From Syntrophorhabdaceae bacterium (GTDB taxonomy: Bacteria > Desulfobacterota > Syntrophorhabdia > Syntrophorhabdales > Syntrophorhabdaceae), in contig CAXXUO010000001.1 in NCBI GenBank assembly GCA_963666485.2, positions 192,001-256,000 on the forward strand: 64,000 nt of DNA. Reading direction: 5' to 3'. A program made the translations under genes and the position numbers. This document shows positions 62,092-64,000 of the stretch, one piece after another. The notes beneath the pieces were generated by a model, which did no database searches, was not told the DNA's origin, and saw only the letters and a program-made list of their open reading frames with translations. Within the stretch, counting starts at the first letter, position 1, and each line of letters begins with the position of its first letter.

Positions 62092-64000
62092 CGCTCTTTC
62101 AGGAACTCGTTGAGCGCCTGCGCCGTATCCACCGGCTGATAGCATGTCGTTCCGGCGCAAGGTATTATTTCGTTTTCCCCGGTATTACTGTATGCAATGA
62201 CCGAATAGGGATAGTATGCGCTGCGGGCTGCCTGCGCAATGTCGGAGCCGGGGTCCGAACGCACGTCGAGTTTTAGCATCCGGAAGAAAGCCTCAAGTGC
62301 GCAGAAAAAATAGCCGCCGTGAATCGACAGGGAACCGGCATCCGGCAGGAAGGCCCGCAAGGATTCCGTCGCGTACGACCTGTAGGCCTCTTCGCCGGAA
62401 ATTGCGGCTAGCTTGAGGAGGACGAGGATCGCGACCGCGTTGGGTGACGGGCGGGGCACGTCTTCGATGCCTTTGAGCCGAAGCCCGATAACTTCCGACT
62501 CCGTGTCGAAGAATCCCCATCCATTCGTATCCCGGAAGCGTTCGAGGCAGATATCGAAAAACCGTTTCGCATCGTGGAAATAGCAGTCTTCCCCCGTTGC
62601 TTCGTAGGCGCTGATAAGCGCTTCACACAGGTAAGCGTAATCCTCGAGCAGGGCCTTCACGCCCTCCGAATGATAAAGTTCATCATCGCGGACATTGACT
62701 GCCAGGACCCTGTTGAGGGCAGCAATTGCCCTGTCGAGCACATGCGGGTCGCCGAACGTTCTGTACGCCTTGAGGTATGCGGATATCATCATACCGTTCA
62801 GGGACGTATACAGGGCTGTGTCAATGTACGGTTTCTGCCTCTTTTCCCGCTCCGCGAGCAGTTTCTGCTTCCCGGATGCGAGCAGGGCCTTCAGTTCGGA
62901 TACAGGTTTGTCCATCTTAAGGGCAATATCCCCGACATTCCCGACGACGGAAAGGACGACCTTGTTCGGGGCATGGTGCACGGCATTGCGCGGGTTGAAC
63001 AGGTGCCGTGAGCATACCTCGAATTCTTCGCCGGACAGTGTTTTCTCGAGTTCTTCCCGGGTCCACGTGAAATAGCCGCCTTCATCATCCGGGGTCACGT
63101 CCGCGTCCATGCTGGCATAAAAGCCGCCTGACGGATCGGACAGTTCCTTATCGACAAAATCGATGATGCCGTCCGCGACATCCTTGAAATAGCCATCGCC
63201 GAAGATCCGGAACGCGTCGCAATAGTTCCTGAGGAGCCAGGCGTTATCGTCCGTCATCTTCTCGAAATGGGGCACGCCCCATGCCTGGTCTGTTGAATAA
63301 CGGTGGAAGCCCCCTCCTATCTGATCATGGAATCCCCCCGATGCCATGGCATACAGGGTTTTTTTGAGGGCGGCGGCGATCGTTTCATTCCCGGAGATGA
63401 CGTATCTGCCGAGGAGAAACTCGAGGGCGCCCGGCATCGGAAATTTCGGCGCTGACCCGAAGCCGCCGTGCACCTTGTCGACGGAAGCAAGCATCCGTTC
63501 ACCAGCCGAATCGATGAAGTCCGTCGAAAGGGTCCCTTTCGGTCCGCCATCGGATCTCAGTGCATCGATGAACAGCGCGCTCTGCTCCTCGATCTCATCC
63601 CGCCTTTCCTTGTAATACTGGCTTATCGCGGTGAGGACCATAGAAAAAGACGGCATGCCGAAGCTTTCGACGGGCGGGAAATAGGTGCCGCCAAAAAAAG
63701 GTTTTTTCTCGGGGGTCAGAAAAACGCTGAGCGGCCAGCCTCCGCTCCGTCCCATTGCAGCAACTGCCTGCTGGTACCGGCGGTCGATATCGGGGCGCTC
63801 GTCGCGGTCAAGCTTTATCGCGACAAAGTTCTCGTTCATGATCTGCGCAATGAAATCGTCCTCGAAGCTTTCCTTCGCCATGACGTGGCACCAGTGGCAC
63901 CAGATCGCGCCCGAGCTCAAGAACACCGGCTTGTTCTCCCGGGCCGCCTTTTCGAATGCCTCCTCCGACCATGGATGCCAGTCGATCTTCTGGTTCGCGG
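62082..64000 (-). CDS. YyaL/DUF255 thioredoxin-domain protein (5' end lies beyond the window)
   Basis: [44 protein letters not shown]; frame stays open to the window edge. Confidence 0.92.
   Translation of the reverse strand, partial: ANQKIDWHPWSEEAFEKAARENKPVFLSSGAIWCHWCHVMAKESFEDDFIAQIMNENFVAIKLDRDERPDIDRRYQQAVAAMGRSGGWPLSVFLTPEKKPFFGGTYFPPVESFGMPSFSMVLTAISQYYKERRDEIEEQSALFIDALRSDGGPKGTLSTDFIDSAGERMLASVDKVHGGFGSAPKFPMPGALEFLLGRYVISGNETIAAALKKTLYAMASGGFHDQIGGGFHRYSTDQAWGVPHFEKMTDDNAWLLRNYCDAFRIFGDGYFKDVADGIIDFVDKELSDPSGGFYASMDADVTPDDEGGYFTWTREELEKTLSGEEFEVCSRHLFNPRNAVHHAPNKVVLSVVGNVGDIALKMDKPVSELKALLASGKQKLLAEREKRQKPYIDTALYTSLNGMMISAYLKAYRTFGDPHVLDRAIAALNRVLAVNVRDDELYHSEGVKALLEDYAYLCEALISAYEATGEDCYFHDAKRFFDICLERFRDTNGWGFFDTESEVIGLRLKGIEDVPRPSPNAVAILVLLKLAAISGEEAYRSYATESLRAFLPDAGSLSIHGGYFFCALEAFFRMLKLDVRSDPGSDIAQAARSAYYPYSVIAYSNTGENEIIPCAGTTCYQPVDTAQALNEFLKERNG

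Overview
Chromosomal window from an anaerobic Desulfobacterota-type bacterium; a syntroph such as Syntrophorhabdus/Syntrophales is inferred from gene content and was not checked by search. (1) About 1.5-6.1 kb is an accessory stretch of unrelated single genes, mostly for secreted or membrane proteins. They are separated by same-orientation copies of a ~30-nt motif (GAGATATTGRCATATxxARGGACGTCCC), and the stretch contains a displaced copy of the 5S rRNA 3' end plus its terminator. (2) A complete rrn operon lies on the minus strand (16S, tRNA-Ile, tRNA-Ala, 23S, 5S). (3) A long, mostly minus-strand core region follows: MCP, bioA, bioF, gcdA, purH-like, tkt, nth, polX, hppA, amrS, lon, M18 aminopeptidase, ssrA, smpB, NtrY-like kinase, pgeF, rluD, selA and an ADP-forming acyl-CoA ligase. 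(4) A complex I operon has an SfrAB-like NAD(P)H module in place of nuoEFG; after it come a lytic transglycosylase, dedA, tatC, DUF502 and a partial YyaL gene. Intergenic regions carry many heptamer tandem arrays and REP-like palindromes. These are associated with diverged duplicates of gene termini, with stop codons supplied by the repeat, and with a 51-bp in-frame insertion in rluD. I found no CRISPR array, integrase or transposase.
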